From sequence record DRR378314_916: DNA of 41,025 bases, one strand, 5' to 3'. This document shows, piece after piece, positions 1-10,240 of this stretch. The position numbers were made by a program, and so were the translations under genes. Positions within the stretch are counted from its first letter, which is position 1. The number at the start of each line of letters is the position of its first letter. Under the pieces are notes generated by a model. That model made no database searches, was not told the origin of the DNA, and saw only the letters and a program-made list of their open reading frames with translations.

Positions 1-1
1 T

Positions 2-115
2 GGCGGACTGGTCACCTCCCGCTCCCCGGACGATCTGGGAGATTTCAACGCGAAGATCGTTGAAGAAATCTGTGAAGGCAAGCACGAGCGCCAGCGCGAC
101 TCGGTCACCGCATAA
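2..115 (+). CDS. 3' end of PfpI/DJ-1 family (type 1 glutamine amidotransferase-like) protein, partial
   Basis: Own translation of frame 2: [37 protein letters not shown]; LVTSRxPDDL is the typical PfpI C-terminal motif; followed by a terminator. Confidence 0.8.
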   Translation, partial: GGLVTSRSPDDLGDFNAKIVEEICEGKHERQRDSVTA

Positions 116-137
116 CAGAAACGAATCCCCTTGACCT

Positions 138-162
138 GCCCCCTCTTAATGAGGGGGCTTTT
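138..162 (+). terminator. Rho-independent terminator
   Basis: GCCCCCTC-ttaat-GAGGGGGC perfect 8-bp stem followed by TTTT. Confidence 0.8.
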
Positions 163-1017
163 CTATGCTCCGTCCTCTGATTTCCAGACGGCCGCCAACC
201 CCTCCCGATAGGTCGGGAATGCCGGTTGCCAGCCAAGCGCAGACTTTGCCCGCGCATTCGAGACGCGCTTGCATTCCGCGTAGAAACTCCGTGCCATCGG
301 GCTCAGCCCTGCCTCTTCGAATGGCACTTCCGGGGGCGGCGCAATGCCCATCAAGTCGGCCGCATAGGCAGTCACATCCTGCGGCGGCGCAGGCAAATCA
401 TCGCACAGATGGAAGATGCCGTGCAGATTCGGCCGTTCAAACAGCGCGTCCAGTCCGCTCGCAATATCGTCGACATGCACGCGAGAGAACACCTGTCCCG
501 GCTTCACCGCACGATGCGCCTTGCCGTCCCGCAATTTCTGGAAGGGAGACCGCCCCGGCCCATAAATGCCTGGCAGGCGGACAATCCGCGCCGCGCCGTC
601 CGTCGAGTCCATCCATTGCCGTTCTGCCAGAACGCGCGCGCGGGCGCGGTCAGATCCCGGATTGACCGGACTCCACTCCATCGCCCAGCCGCCATTGAGG
701 TCTCCATAGACACCCGTTGTGGAGAGATAGGTAACGCTGGCCGCGCCGGGCTCAGCGTAGGTCGCCGCACGCGCGGCGGGGCAGCCGTCTGCATCCGGCG
801 GCAAGGTGACCAGCCAGTGCGCGCCTTCGGGAATGTCCGGCAGGCCTTGCCCGTCCCAGACCTGCGCGGCGATACCATCTGCTTTCAAGGCCGCCGCCTT
901 TTCTGCGCTGCGAACGGTGCCCGCAACGCCAATTCCACGGGATTTCAGCCGCCCTGCCAGCTTCAGGGCGCTATAGCCCAGCCCGAAAACAAAAAGCAGA
1001 GATGTCGTATCTGTCAT
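163..1017 (-). CDS. Atypical SDR / NAD-dependent epimerase-dehydratase family protein
   Basis: N-terminal FGLGYS Rossmann motif, YLSTTGVYGD, RLPGIYGPGR, SRVHVDDI, FPTYREGL. Confidence 0.88.
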   Translation of the reverse strand: MTDTTSLLFVFGLGYSALKLAGRLKSRGIGVAGTVRSAEKAAALKADGIAAQVWDGQGLPDIPEGAHWLVTLPPDADGCPAARAATYAEPGAASVTYLSTTGVYGDLNGGWAMEWSPVNPGSDRARARVLAERQWMDSTDGAARIVRLPGIYGPGRSPFQKLRDGKAHRAVKPGQVFSRVHVDDIASGLDALFERPNLHGIFHLCDDLPAPPQDVTAYAADLMGIAPPPEVPFEEAGLSPMARSFYAECKRVSNARAKSALGWQPAFPTYREGLAAVWKSEDGA

Positions 1018-1079
1018 TTGCGCTGGCCGCTCCTGTCGGGTCTAAGACCCCGTACTACAGTTTCCGGAGCCTTTGATCC

Positions 1080-1760
1080 ATGTCCATCCTTGCCCTGGCC
1101 GTTGCTTCCTTCGCCTTGTCGCAATCTGCAGCCAGCGCCACAGTCGACACGCGCGAGGCAGAACGGCTGAAGGCGTGTGTCGCCAAAATCGAGGTGGACG
1201 CTGAAGAAGCCTATGAGGATGGGCTCGTCTGGACCTATCAGGGCAACCGCCCCGGCGCGCGCCAGTGCACCGCCCTCGCCCTGATCGCGCTGGGCCGTGA
1301 GGATGAAGGGGCGGCGCGCCTTGAACAACTCGCCAACTCCGTGGATGGCGGAACGATAGAGCAACGCGCCGAATACCTGACCCAATCGGGCAATGCCTGG
1401 CTTCAGGCCGGCGCACCGGAAGCGGCCATCGTGACGTTCACCAACGCACTGAAACTGAAGCCCGGCGTGCCGGATCTTCTGGTCGACCGCGCCAGCGCGC
1501 ATTTGATGCTCGGCAATTGGGAAGATGCCAAATCTGATCTCGACAGTGCCCTGTCACGCGCGCCAAGCATGGCCATTGCGCGCCAGCTTCGCGCCGAAGC
1601 CCATCTCAATCTCGACCAGCTGGACCTCGCCATGACGGATATAGACGCCGCCATGGCTGCCGATCCGGAAAACATCGACACGCTGGTCCTGCGTGGGCGT
1701 GTGCGCGAGGCCATTCGCCTGTCCGAAGTGCGTGTACTCAGCCCGGATATTGTGGACTGA
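1080..1760 (+). CDS. Exported tetratricopeptide-repeat protein
   Basis: N-terminal hydrophobic signal-like segment; repeated TPR-type helices (AIVTFTNALKLKP, AKSDLDSALSRAP, AMTDIDAAMAADP). Confidence 0.8.
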   Translation: MSILALAVASFALSQSAASATVDTREAERLKACVAKIEVDAEEAYEDGLVWTYQGNRPGARQCTALALIALGREDEGAARLEQLANSVDGGTIEQRAEYLTQSGNAWLQAGAPEAAIVTFTNALKLKPGVPDLLVDRASAHLMLGNWEDAKSDLDSALSRAPSMAIARQLRAEAHLNLDQLDLAMTDIDAAMAADPENIDTLVLRGRVREAIRLSEVRVLSPDIVD

Positions 1761-1769
1761 GTTTCAGTC

Positions 1770-2681
1770 CTATTCCGGCTCTGGCAGAGCCATCAGGCCC
1801 CGGGCGGCCATCCATCCCACGAACTGGTCAAACCAGGCGTCCGCTGTTGCGCCGCGCTTGTACGATCCGAAACCGTGTCCCCCATTTTCATAGAAATGCA
1901 GCTCGACCGGCTTGCCTGCGGCGACCCATGAATCGACGAGGCCAAAGCCCTGCCGCCCGAACAGGGAATCATCCGCCGCCAGAGCGGTAAACAGCGGCGG
2001 CGCGTCTGCCGGCACATCGACCGAAGTCATCGGTCCATAAATGTGCCCGATGAAGTCTGGCTTGGGCGCGTCACTTTCATCAAGGGTGACCGCCATCGTC
2101 GTGATCGCCCCGGCTGAGAAGCCGAGCATGCCGATACGGTCTGTATCGATGCCCCAGTCTTCGCTTTGGGCCTCGACCAATCGCAACGCCGCTTGCGCAT
2201 CCTCCACGGCCGCTGGAATGCCCTGCATGGCATCAATCGGCTCCATATCCGGTGTCGGCGCAAAGATACGCTGAATATGTTCCGAAAGCTCCTCCTCAGG
2301 TTCCGGCGTTCGCATTGTGCGGTATTTCAGAATGAAGGCCGCAACCCCCTGCTCTGCCAGCCATTCCGCAATGGGGTAGCCCTCATTGTCAATGGACACG
2401 AACTGGAATGCACCGCCGGGCACCACAATCACCGCCGCGCCATTGGCCTTCTCCGGGTCCGGCAGGACAGGCAGCAATGTGGGATGATTGACGTTGCGCA
2501 CCCAGCGCTCTGTGCCGATGCTCGTCCATATCTCCGTATTCGCACCGACCGCCTCCGGATCAATGAGCGGGATCGCCCCCTCATCCGCTTGCGCAGGAAC
2601 ACGGGTCATGCCCTGCGCCTGAGCAATAGCCGGAATCGCGGCGACACACAGCGTGAGTGCGAATAAGCAGGTCCGGATCAT
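1770..2681 (-). CDS. Secreted alpha/beta hydrolase (acetyl-esterase-like)
   Basis: Signal peptide, PGGAF oxyanion segment, GFSAG nucleophile elbow, GGHGFG catalytic His. Confidence 0.85.
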   Translation of the reverse strand: MIRTCLFALTLCVAAIPAIAQAQGMTRVPAQADEGAIPLIDPEAVGANTEIWTSIGTERWVRNVNHPTLLPVLPDPEKANGAAVIVVPGGAFQFVSIDNEGYPIAEWLAEQGVAAFILKYRTMRTPEPEEELSEHIQRIFAPTPDMEPIDAMQGIPAAVEDAQAALRLVEAQSEDWGIDTDRIGMLGFSAGAITTMAVTLDESDAPKPDFIGHIYGPMTSVDVPADAPPLFTALAADDSLFGRQGFGLVDSWVAAGKPVELHFYENGGHGFGSYKRGATADAWFDQFVGWMAARGLMALPEPE

Positions 2682-2700
2682 GAGGGGCCCCTTTCAAAGA

Positions 2701-4062
2701 TCAGCCATAACGCGATTGCAGCATGGCCCAGGCCGCCCGCAGGCCGCAAGGTGCGCCGCCTTCTGGCCGTCCATATTTTCCGAGCCGCCAGGCCCAGACA
2801 TCGAAATGCATCCAGCTCGGCGCGTCGACGAACTGTTTCAGGAACAAGCCCGCCGTGATGGACCCGGCAAACCGGCCGCCCGAGTTCACAAGATCGGCAA
2901 TCGGGCTCTTGAGATCAGCAAGGTATGGGTCCCAGAGCGGCATGCGCCAGACCGGGTCGCCCGTTGCCTTTGCGCCCGCCTCGATGCCTTCGGCCAGGCT
3001 TTCGTCATCAGTATAGAACGGCGCGAGTTCCGGCCCCAGCGCCACGCGGGCTGCGCCGGTCAGAGTGGCGAAATCGATCAGCAGATCCGGCTTTTCCTCA
3101 CAGGCGCGTGTCAGTGCGTCCGCCAGGATAAGGCGGCCTTCTGCATCCGTATTGTCGATCTCGACGGTCAGCCCCTTTCGGCTGGACAGGATATCTCCCG
3201 GACGGAAGGCGTCGCCCGCAACGGCGTTCTCGACCGATGGCACATACAGCTTCAGATGCACCGGCAGGTTCGCGCTCATGATCAGGTGCGACAGCGCGAT
3301 CACATGCGCGGAACCGCCCATATCCTTCTTCATGATGCGCATGCCGGAACCGGGTTTGATGTCGAGACCGCCGGAATCGAAGGTGACGCCCTTGCCGACT
3401 AGCGCCACGCTCGGATGGGACGGGTCGCCCCATTCCAGCTCCATGAAGCGCGGTTCGTACACAGCGGCGCGGCCCACAGCGTGGACCATTGGATAATTGT
3501 GGGCCAGCAAATCGTCGCCAATAATCGTCGTCAGTTTCGCGCCGAAGCGCTCAGCCATGTCGGAAATTGTCGCCTGGATATCCTGTGGGCCCATATCGGC
3601 CGCCGGCGTGTTGACCAGATCGCGCAGCAAAGCGCAGGCATCCGCCTCACGGCTCAGCGCGTCGGCATCCTCGCTTTCCGGAATGACGAGCTTTGGTGGG
3701 GTCGCCTTGTCCTTGAGGTAGCGGTCAAACCGGTACGCGCCGTCAGCCCAGCCCGCAGCGATGTTCTTGAACGGCATGCCGCAACGCTCGGCGACAGAAT
3801 ACGACCCCTTTGGCAGCTTCGCCGACAGGCCGGCAACAGCCAGCGCATCCGTGCCCTTGCCCAAACCATAAAGTACGCGTGACAACTCTCCCGCCTCCCC
3901 CGGCACCAGCACGATCTGACCGGCCGCTCCTGTGAATTCCTGTGCCTTGGCCAGCGCTCGCGCAGATGGGAACGGATCGTTCTCCAGCTTTTTGAAGGCA
4001 GCAATTGTGTAGAGGAAGACGTCAACGGCGCCCTTTGGGTCGGCGGTGAAGCTCTTATGCAT
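2701..4062 (-). CDS. Leucyl aminopeptidase family protein (peptidase M17)
   Basis: VGKGVTFDSGGLDIK, MKKDMGG, NTDAEGRL, DFATLTGA metal-binding motifs. Confidence 0.95.
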   Translation of the reverse strand: MHKSFTADPKGAVDVFLYTIAAFKKLENDPFPSARALAKAQEFTGAAGQIVLVPGEAGELSRVLYGLGKGTDALAVAGLSAKLPKGSYSVAERCGMPFKNIAAGWADGAYRFDRYLKDKATPPKLVIPESEDADALSREADACALLRDLVNTPAADMGPQDIQATISDMAERFGAKLTTIIGDDLLAHNYPMVHAVGRAAVYEPRFMELEWGDPSHPSVALVGKGVTFDSGGLDIKPGSGMRIMKKDMGGSAHVIALSHLIMSANLPVHLKLYVPSVENAVAGDAFRPGDILSSRKGLTVEIDNTDAEGRLILADALTRACEEKPDLLIDFATLTGAARVALGPELAPFYTDDESLAEGIEAGAKATGDPVWRMPLWDPYLADLKSPIADLVNSGGRFAGSITAGLFLKQFVDAPSWMHFDVWAWRLGKYGRPEGGAPCGLRAAWAMLQSRYG

Positions 4063-4110
4063 GGAATTCTGGCCTTTCGAGGCGAAGAGTTAATGAAATC
4101 TGCCGGGGCG

Positions 4111-4126
4111 TTAACCGATCCTTGAC
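4111..4126 (+). promoter_or_regulatory. CtrA-like binding site upstream of tadD-like gene
   Basis: TTAA-CCGATCC-TTGA-C, one mismatch to TTAA-N7-TTAAC; putative -10 (GCAAGACT) about 11 nt downstream overlaps a GANTC site. Confidence 0.65.
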
Positions 4127-4182
4127 GCCCTGTCGGCAAGACTCACGCAGGATTAGGCCAGATACTGACCCGGAGCCCGCTC

Positions 4183-5145
4183 ATGTCCAGAGCCAAAACG
4201 TCATTGACTGCACTGTGCCTCGTACTGGGAGCCTGCGCGACGACGCCGGACCCGGAGGCGGAGGCTCAGGCCGAACTGGCACGCGCCATCGAAGACGCGA
4301 TGACACCTGCCACGGCAGAAGAAATTGAGGCGGCCAACAATTCAGATCCGCTGACCAAGGCCAATTTCTGGGCGAATGAATACACCAAACGCCCCGAAGA
4401 CCTGGACGTTGCATTGACCTTCGTCGCTGCGCTCAGAGGCATCGGCTCGAATGAACGCGCCATCGAAGTGCTGTCGCAATCCCTGATCGTGCATCCGGAC
4501 AATCCGGACGTGCTGATGACGCTGGGACGGGTCTTTTCCGCCGAAAACAATCTGATGGGCGCGGCACGCGCGTTTGAGAAGACGGCCATTGTCGCGCCTG
4601 ACCGGGCCGAAGCCTGGTCTGCCTTCGGCATCACTCTGGACAAGATGGAACGCCATGACATGGCGCAAGCGGCCTATGACAAGGCCTTGGCACTGGAACC
4701 GACACGCACGTCAACGCTGGCGAATTACGGTCTGTCTTTGGCCTTGCAGGGTGATCTGCCCGCCGCCGAGGCCAAACTGCGCCTTGCAGCCGAGCAACCG
4801 AATGCGGACCTGCGGGTGACCGAGAACCTCGCGCTGATTTTGGGGCTCCAGGGCCGCTATGATGAGATGGCCGCCGTTTCCAGCCGCTTTGCACCAGAGA
4901 GCATCGTGAAGAAGAACACGGCGCTGCTGCAACAGATGATACAGCCCGTGCGGTCATGGGAAGCGCTTGAAGAGAACTCCTCCGTGCCAGCTCAACCGCC
5001 CGCTGAATTGGCAGAGCCGCCGAAAGCTGCCCCCACGCAGCCTGTCGATCAGTCCGCTGTCGGCCTTGCTGGCCCCTCCGAAGCGGAGGAAGACACCCCT
5101 GCCCCTGCACAGGCTGGCCTGAGACTTCGCCGGACACCGGGCTGA
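4183..5145 (+). CDS. TPR lipoprotein, TadD/CpaO-like pilus assembly protein
   Basis: Lipobox LGAC at Cys18, multiple TPRs, NLALILGLQGR typical of TadD; adjacent to tadC. Confidence 0.85.
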   Translation: MSRAKTSLTALCLVLGACATTPDPEAEAQAELARAIEDAMTPATAEEIEAANNSDPLTKANFWANEYTKRPEDLDVALTFVAALRGIGSNERAIEVLSQSLIVHPDNPDVLMTLGRVFSAENNLMGAARAFEKTAIVAPDRAEAWSAFGITLDKMERHDMAQAAYDKALALEPTRTSTLANYGLSLALQGDLPAAEAKLRLAAEQPNADLRVTENLALILGLQGRYDEMAAVSSRFAPESIVKKNTALLQQMIQPVRSWEALEENSSVPAQPPAELAEPPKAAPTQPVDQSAVGLAGPSEAEEDTPAPAQAGLRLRRTPG

Positions 5146-5163
5146 TACTTCTGCCGCACACAG

Positions 5164-5195
5164 AAAAGCGCCCATCAGCCAAAGCCGATGAGCGC
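5164..5195 (-). terminator. Rho-independent terminator of the cpa/tad operon
   Basis: Minus strand GCGCTCATCGGC-tttg-GCTGATGGGCGC-TTTT (12-bp stem with G.U pairs). Confidence 0.7.
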
Positions 5196-5217
5196 CCCTT
5201 CTGAAGTCACCCGGACC

Positions 5218-6240
5218 TCAGCCCCAGTCTGAATGCGTTGTCTCAATTGCCGGCGGCGCCGACGCCTTGTTCTTTTCCTGAGATGCCTTGAACCCGATAT
5301 AGGCTGGCCCCAGCACGACGAGGAACAGGACCGGCAGGAAGAACAGGATCATCGGAACCGTCAGCTGCGCAGGCAGTGCGGCCGCCTTTTTCTCAGCTGC
5401 GGCCATGCGCATGTCGCGGTTTTCCTTCGCCATGATGCGCAGGGCGTCGCCAAGCGGCGTACCGTAGCGCTCCGCCTGTCCCAGCGCCATACAGACCGCC
5501 TTGATACCGTCATTTCCCGTGCGCTTGGCAAGGTTTTCATACGCCTGACGACGCTCTGGCAGGTAAGACAGTTCTGCCACAGTCAGGCCGAACTCTTCCG
5601 CCAGTTCTGGCGACGCCGATCCGATTTCCTGACTCACTTTTGAGAAGCCAAGCTCGATTGACATGCCCGCCTCGACACAAATCAGCAGCATGTCCAGCGC
5701 GTCCGGAAAGGCACGCATGATCGATTGCTGGCGCTTCTGGGCCATGTTCGAAACATAGAGGTTCGGTGCATAGAAACCTGCTGCGGCACCAAACAACAGC
5801 GAGCCATATTTCAGCATCGGCGAGAAGCCGTGATCATTGACGAAAAAGATGTAGAAGAACATCAGCAGCGCGCCAGCGAAAGGCAGCGTCATCCGCGCGA
5901 AGTAGAAGGCCGACAATGGCCCCGGCCCACGCAGACCGGCCTTGGATAGATTGTCGACAATGTTCGGGTCTTCCAGCGCCTTGGCCAGATTCAGCTTCGA
6001 CGAAATGTTGCCGACCATGGAATCATCCGTCCGGCGAAGGCCTTTCGGATTGTCCAGTGCGGCGCGGCTCTGCTTGCGAAGTTTCTCGCGCTGTTCCGTC
6101 ACCGCTTTCAGGCGTGTTTCCAGTTTGTCCGTCTGCAGATATGGCAGCAGGACAGAGATCACGGTCGCAAACACGGCGAGCGCGACCAGAAGGGCTGCAA
6201 TCGCATCAGGCTTGGCGAGTGATGTAAGAATATCTCCCAT
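5218..6240 (-). CDS. tadC: Tad pilus inner-membrane platform protein TadC (T2SS F family)
   Basis: FPDALDMLLICVEAG, QAERYGTPLG, AEKKAAALPAQLTVPMILFFLP; position in cpa cluster. Confidence 0.93.
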   Translation of the reverse strand: MGDILTSLAKPDAIAALLVALAVFATVISVLLPYLQTDKLETRLKAVTEQREKLRKQSRAALDNPKGLRRTDDSMVGNISSKLNLAKALEDPNIVDNLSKAGLRGPGPLSAFYFARMTLPFAGALLMFFYIFFVNDHGFSPMLKYGSLLFGAAAGFYAPNLYVSNMAQKRQQSIMRAFPDALDMLLICVEAGMSIELGFSKVSQEIGSASPELAEEFGLTVAELSYLPERRQAYENLAKRTGNDGIKAVCMALGQAERYGTPLGDALRIMAKENRDMRMAAAEKKAAALPAQLTVPMILFFLPVLFLVVLGPAYIGFKASQEKNKASAPPAIETTHSDWG

Positions 6241-6249
6241 CTGTCGCCC

Positions 6250-7281
6250 CTACATGTCGAAGTTGATCATTTTGCGCATAACGGCAACGCCCATCATCAT
6301 CATGACCACACCGATGGTCAGGAAGAGATGGCCCGTATCCGTCGTGAACAGCTGCATCACATAGGCGGGCGTGGTCATGTAGACGAGGAATCCGACCACA
6401 AAGGGCAACGCACCGATGATCATGGCCGACGCCTTGGCCTCGGACGACATGGCCTTTACCTTTTCGCGCATCATCTTCCGGGCACGAATGACGCTCGACA
6501 GATTACCCAGTGCCTCAGACAAGTTACCACCCGCCTTGGACTGGATCATGAGCACGATCATGAAGAAGTTCACTTCCTGAAGCGGCACACGCTTGTAGAA
6601 TGTGTTCAACGAGCGCTCGAGCCCTGCCCCCATGGCCAGATTGTCTGACAGCATAGCAAATTCAGTCCGCAGTGGCTCAGGGGATTCCCGAGAGATGATC
6701 CGGACACTTTCATTCAACGGCAAACCGGACTTCACACCCCGAACGATAATATCCAGCGCATCAGCGAACTGGTTGATCATTTTCTTGTTTCGGCCATTGG
6801 TCATGAAATTCAGGATCATGCGCGGCAAGCCAACGGCGCCAACAAAGAATGCCGAGCCAACCAGGATCGGACGGCTCTTAAGGGACACGCCGCTAATCAC
6901 GAGGCCATCGAAACCAAGTGTGTAAACCAGACCTCCAATCAGGAGGCCCAGCACAAGTGACAGCATCCAGAACGCCGCTACGGGAATATCCATCCCGGCT
7001 TGCGTCAAGCGGGACTTCAAGTTCTGCGGTCGGATCGCCTTGCGCCGCTCCTTGTCCTGCTTGCGCATATTGTCCAGCATTTCCTGGGTTTTCTGGCGGC
7101 GCTTGGCGGTTTCGTCCATCGCCTTCCCGCGCTTGCCAGCCCCGGAACCGCCGGTGCCGATCGCCTTGGCGCGTTTCTTCGCAGCCGCGTCGGCGCTATC
7201 GCCTGTCAAGGCGAGGCCCAAGCCGACAATGGTCAGGAAGGCAAGCCCGGCGATTGCATAGATGATGAGTGAATTATCCAT
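6250..7281 (-). CDS. tadB: Tad pilus inner-membrane platform protein TadB
   Basis: QFADALDIIVRGVKSGLP, GGNLSEALGNLS, VKAMSSEAKASA. Confidence 0.93.
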   Translation of the reverse strand: MDNSLIIYAIAGLAFLTIVGLGLALTGDSADAAAKKRAKAIGTGGSGAGKRGKAMDETAKRRQKTQEMLDNMRKQDKERRKAIRPQNLKSRLTQAGMDIPVAAFWMLSLVLGLLIGGLVYTLGFDGLVISGVSLKSRPILVGSAFFVGAVGLPRMILNFMTNGRNKKMINQFADALDIIVRGVKSGLPLNESVRIISRESPEPLRTEFAMLSDNLAMGAGLERSLNTFYKRVPLQEVNFFMIVLMIQSKAGGNLSEALGNLSSVIRARKMMREKVKAMSSEAKASAMIIGALPFVVGFLVYMTTPAYVMQLFTTDTGHLFLTIGVVMMMMGVAVMRKMINFDM

Positions 7282-7284
7282 CTA

Positions 7285-8799
7285 TCAGGACCCCAGCTCG
7301 TCGAGAGCCACAGCCAGGTCGCGCTCAAGATTGTAATAGGACGCCCGCTCCCAGAAGCGCGGACGACCCACGCCCGTGCCGCGGTGCGTGCCTGCGACTT
7401 TTCCGTCTTCGTCTTCGCCCTCGATTTCGTACTTCAGTACATCCTGCAGCACGATGGTCTCCCCTTCCAGCCCCATCACCTCGGTGATGTTCATGATCCG
7501 GCGGGAACCATCCCGAAGGCGAGAGGCCTGCACAACCACATCAATAGACCCCACGATCATTTCACGGATCGTCTTCGCGGGCAGCGAGAAGCCGCCCATC
7601 GTGATCATGGATTCAACCCGGCTCAGGGCTTCGCGCGGGCTGTTGGCGTGCAGTGTTCCCATTGAGCCGTCATGGCCCGTGTTCATGGCCTGCAGCAAGT
7701 CGAATGCCTCTGGTCCACGCACCTCGCCCACAATGATCCGCTCAGGACGCATACGCAGACAGTTCTTGACCAGATCCCGCATCGTGATTTCGCCAGAACC
7801 TTCAATGTTCGGCGGGCGCGTTTCGAGGCGCACGACATGCGGCTGTTGGAGCTGAAGTTCCGCAGAGTCTTCGCAGGTGATGACGCGCTCGGTCGGGTCA
7901 ATGAAGCCGGTCAGGCAGTTCAACAGCGTTGTCTTTCCTGAACCCGTACCGCCAGAGATCAGGACGTTGCAGCGCGAATGACCGATGATGCGCAGAATTT
8001 CAGCGCCAGCTTCGGAGATCGACCCGAAATTAACGAGATCGTCCAGGCGCAGCTTGTCCTTCTTGAACTTACGAATGGTAAGGGTCGGACCGTCAATCGC
8101 CAATGGCGGCGCGATGACGTTCACACGTGAGCCGTCCAGCAAGCGCGCGTCACAGATGGGTGAGGAATCGTCCACGCGGCGACCCACCTGGCTCACGATA
8201 CGCTGACAGATATTCATCAGCTGGGCATTGTCGCGGAAGCGAATATTCGTCCGCTCGATCTTGCCGTTTACCTCGATATATGTGGTGTCGGCGCCGTTGA
8301 CCATGATGTCGGCGATGTCGTCCCGCGCCAGCAATGGCTCCAGCGGACCATAGCCGAGCACATCGTTGCAGATATCGTCGAGCAGCTGTTCCTGCTCTGA
8401 GATCGACATCACAACATTCTTGATGCTGATGATTTCGACAACGATGTCGCGGATCTCCTCACGCGCACTCTCGGCGTCAAGCTGCGCGAGCTGTGACAGG
8501 TCAATCGTGTCGATCAGCGCGTTGAAGATGGTCATCTTCGTCGCATAGTACTGATCTGTCTGCTGGTTGACCTTGCGCACGGGTTCCGGCTTGGGCTCCG
8601 GCGGTGGGCTTGCGGGTTTTGACTTCGCAATCGGCTTGGGTGCGCCTTTTACCGGCACAGGCTCCGGAACCGGAGGCTTCTTCGGCGCAGGCTTGGGTTT
8701 CGCCTCAGCCACTGGCACCGGTTTCGGTGTCGGCTTGGGCGCAGGTGTTGAGGCTGGCGTCAGCGTCTGACTGCTGGCAGGTCGTTTTCCAAAGGCCAT
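7285..8799 (-). CDS. cpaF: Tad pilus assembly ATPase CpaF/TadA
   Basis: Walker [34 protein letters not shown]; start moved to ATG 8799 (MAFGKR) behind a GGGGAG RBS. Confidence 0.96.
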   Translation of the reverse strand: MAFGKRPASSQTLTPASTPAPKPTPKPVPVAEAKPKPAPKKPPVPEPVPVKGAPKPIAKSKPASPPPEPKPEPVRKVNQQTDQYYATKMTIFNALIDTIDLSQLAQLDAESAREEIRDIVVEIISIKNVVMSISEQEQLLDDICNDVLGYGPLEPLLARDDIADIMVNGADTTYIEVNGKIERTNIRFRDNAQLMNICQRIVSQVGRRVDDSSPICDARLLDGSRVNVIAPPLAIDGPTLTIRKFKKDKLRLDDLVNFGSISEAGAEILRIIGHSRCNVLISGGTGSGKTTLLNCLTGFIDPTERVITCEDSAELQLQQPHVVRLETRPPNIEGSGEITMRDLVKNCLRMRPERIIVGEVRGPEAFDLLQAMNTGHDGSMGTLHANSPREALSRVESMITMGGFSLPAKTIREMIVGSIDVVVQASRLRDGSRRIMNITEVMGLEGETIVLQDVLKYEIEGEDEDGKVAGTHRGTGVGRPRFWERASYYNLERDLAVALDELGS

Positions 8800-8818
8800 A
8801 CGAGAGATCTCCCCAGGA

Positions 8819-10213
8819 TCACTTTCCCAGCAACTTCTTAAGGAATGACTTTTCCTGAGGCACGACAGCGCGTCCACTGAGCGTAGAGGCGAGATGATCG
8901 ATGGCCTGAGATGACTTGGATTCAGGCGCTGTCTCGGAAATCATCTGGCCATTGTTCGCGGCTGTGCCGAACAGTTCAGGGTCAAATGGCAAAATTACGT
9001 CCGGCTCTACGCCGATCGCTGCGGAGAAGTCCTTGGCGGGAATCTCCGGGCGCTTCGGCACACCGCTCATGTTCAATACAAGGCGGGGCGGATGGTCGTT
9101 CGGGCGCTTGGCCTTCATCTGGTCGATCATGTTCTTGCCATTGCGCAGGGATGCGAGATCCGGCTGGCAAACAATGATAACTTCATCTGATGCGATCAGC
9201 GTGCTCATCATCCAGCTGGACCACATGTGCGGCAGGTCCAGCACGAGATACGGAACATTGCGGCGCACGCCTTCGATTACCGTGGAATAAGCTTCATCCG
9301 GAATGTCCATGATCTGGTTGATCGTGGCCGGCGCCGTGAAGAGGGACAACCGGTCTGTCGGCTTGGCAAGCAAGCGCTCGATGACGGATTCATCTGCGCG
9401 CTCCGGGGCCAACAAGGCGTCGGCTACCGTTTGAGGCGTCTCCTGATTGAAATCCAGCGCCGTGGTCCCGAATGACAGATCCAGATCTACCAGCGTCGTA
9501 TTGACCTTCACATTCTCGGCCAATGCCCAGGCCAGATTGTGCGCAATGGTTGAGGCCCCTACCCCGCCCTTGGCACCTACCACGGAGATCTGCTTGCCGA
9601 TGAACGGCGACTCCGGATTGACGAACAACTCGCCGATGGACCGAATGATCTGAAGTGGCTGGAAGGGTGGAACAAGATATTCGCTAACGCCCCGAGCGAT
9701 CAGCTGACGATACAGCGTGATGTCGTTTACAGCACCGATCACCATCACTTTGACGTTCTCGTCGCAATGCTCCGCCAGCGCATCAATTTCGCGCAAGACC
9801 TGAGCTGCCGAATCCGAGGACTCGATCAGAAGCAGGTTTGGCGTCGGGTTTTCGCTCATATAGGCGATCGCCGCCGGAATGCCGCCAGGAATGCACTCGA
9901 CCGTTGCGCGCCCCATGCGCCGATCGTGGGAACACACTTCAAGCATGCCGCGTGTCTCTTCACGCTCATAGAACAGCTTGATGGAGATGGCCGGCAGCAT
10001 CACGTCGCCACCCGAAGGCTCGCCGTGGCCGAACGCGCTGAGGTCCTGCTCGACCGGATTGTGAAGCGCAGCCCCGGACGCAGCATCTTCAGCGACTGCA
10101 TCCTGCTCATCCGTTGCGTCATTTGCCGCAGACGGCCTTACAAGATCAGCCAGCGGATCGTCAGAAAAGACGTCTTCAAAGTCTTCGTCAAACAATGCTT
10201 TTTCGTTAGACAT
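8819..10213 (-). CDS. cpaE: Pilus assembly protein CpaE/TadZ (receiver-like plus MinD-like domain)
   Basis: Deviant Walker A GAKGGVGAST, DLDLSFGT, position between cpaD and cpaF. Confidence 0.93.
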   Translation of the reverse strand: MSNEKALFDEDFEDVFSDDPLADLVRPSAANDATDEQDAVAEDAASGAALHNPVEQDLSAFGHGEPSGGDVMLPAISIKLFYEREETRGMLEVCSHDRRMGRATVECIPGGIPAAIAYMSENPTPNLLLIESSDSAAQVLREIDALAEHCDENVKVMVIGAVNDITLYRQLIARGVSEYLVPPFQPLQIIRSIGELFVNPESPFIGKQISVVGAKGGVGASTIAHNLAWALAENVKVNTTLVDLDLSFGTTALDFNQETPQTVADALLAPERADESVIERLLAKPTDRLSLFTAPATINQIMDIPDEAYSTVIEGVRRNVPYLVLDLPHMWSSWMMSTLIASDEVIIVCQPDLASLRNGKNMIDQMKAKRPNDHPPRLVLNMSGVPKRPEIPAKDFSAAIGVEPDVILPFDPELFGTAANNGQMISETAPESKSSQAIDHLASTLSGRAVVPQEKSFLKKLLGK

Positions 10214-10240
10214 GCTCTACCAAACCTTCTTCCCTCAGCC

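Noticed and set aside
8575-8760. Repetitive DNA in the 5' part of cpaF as a repeat array
   Set aside because: Explained by Pro/Lys/Ala low-complexity coding; no fixed repeat-spacer period
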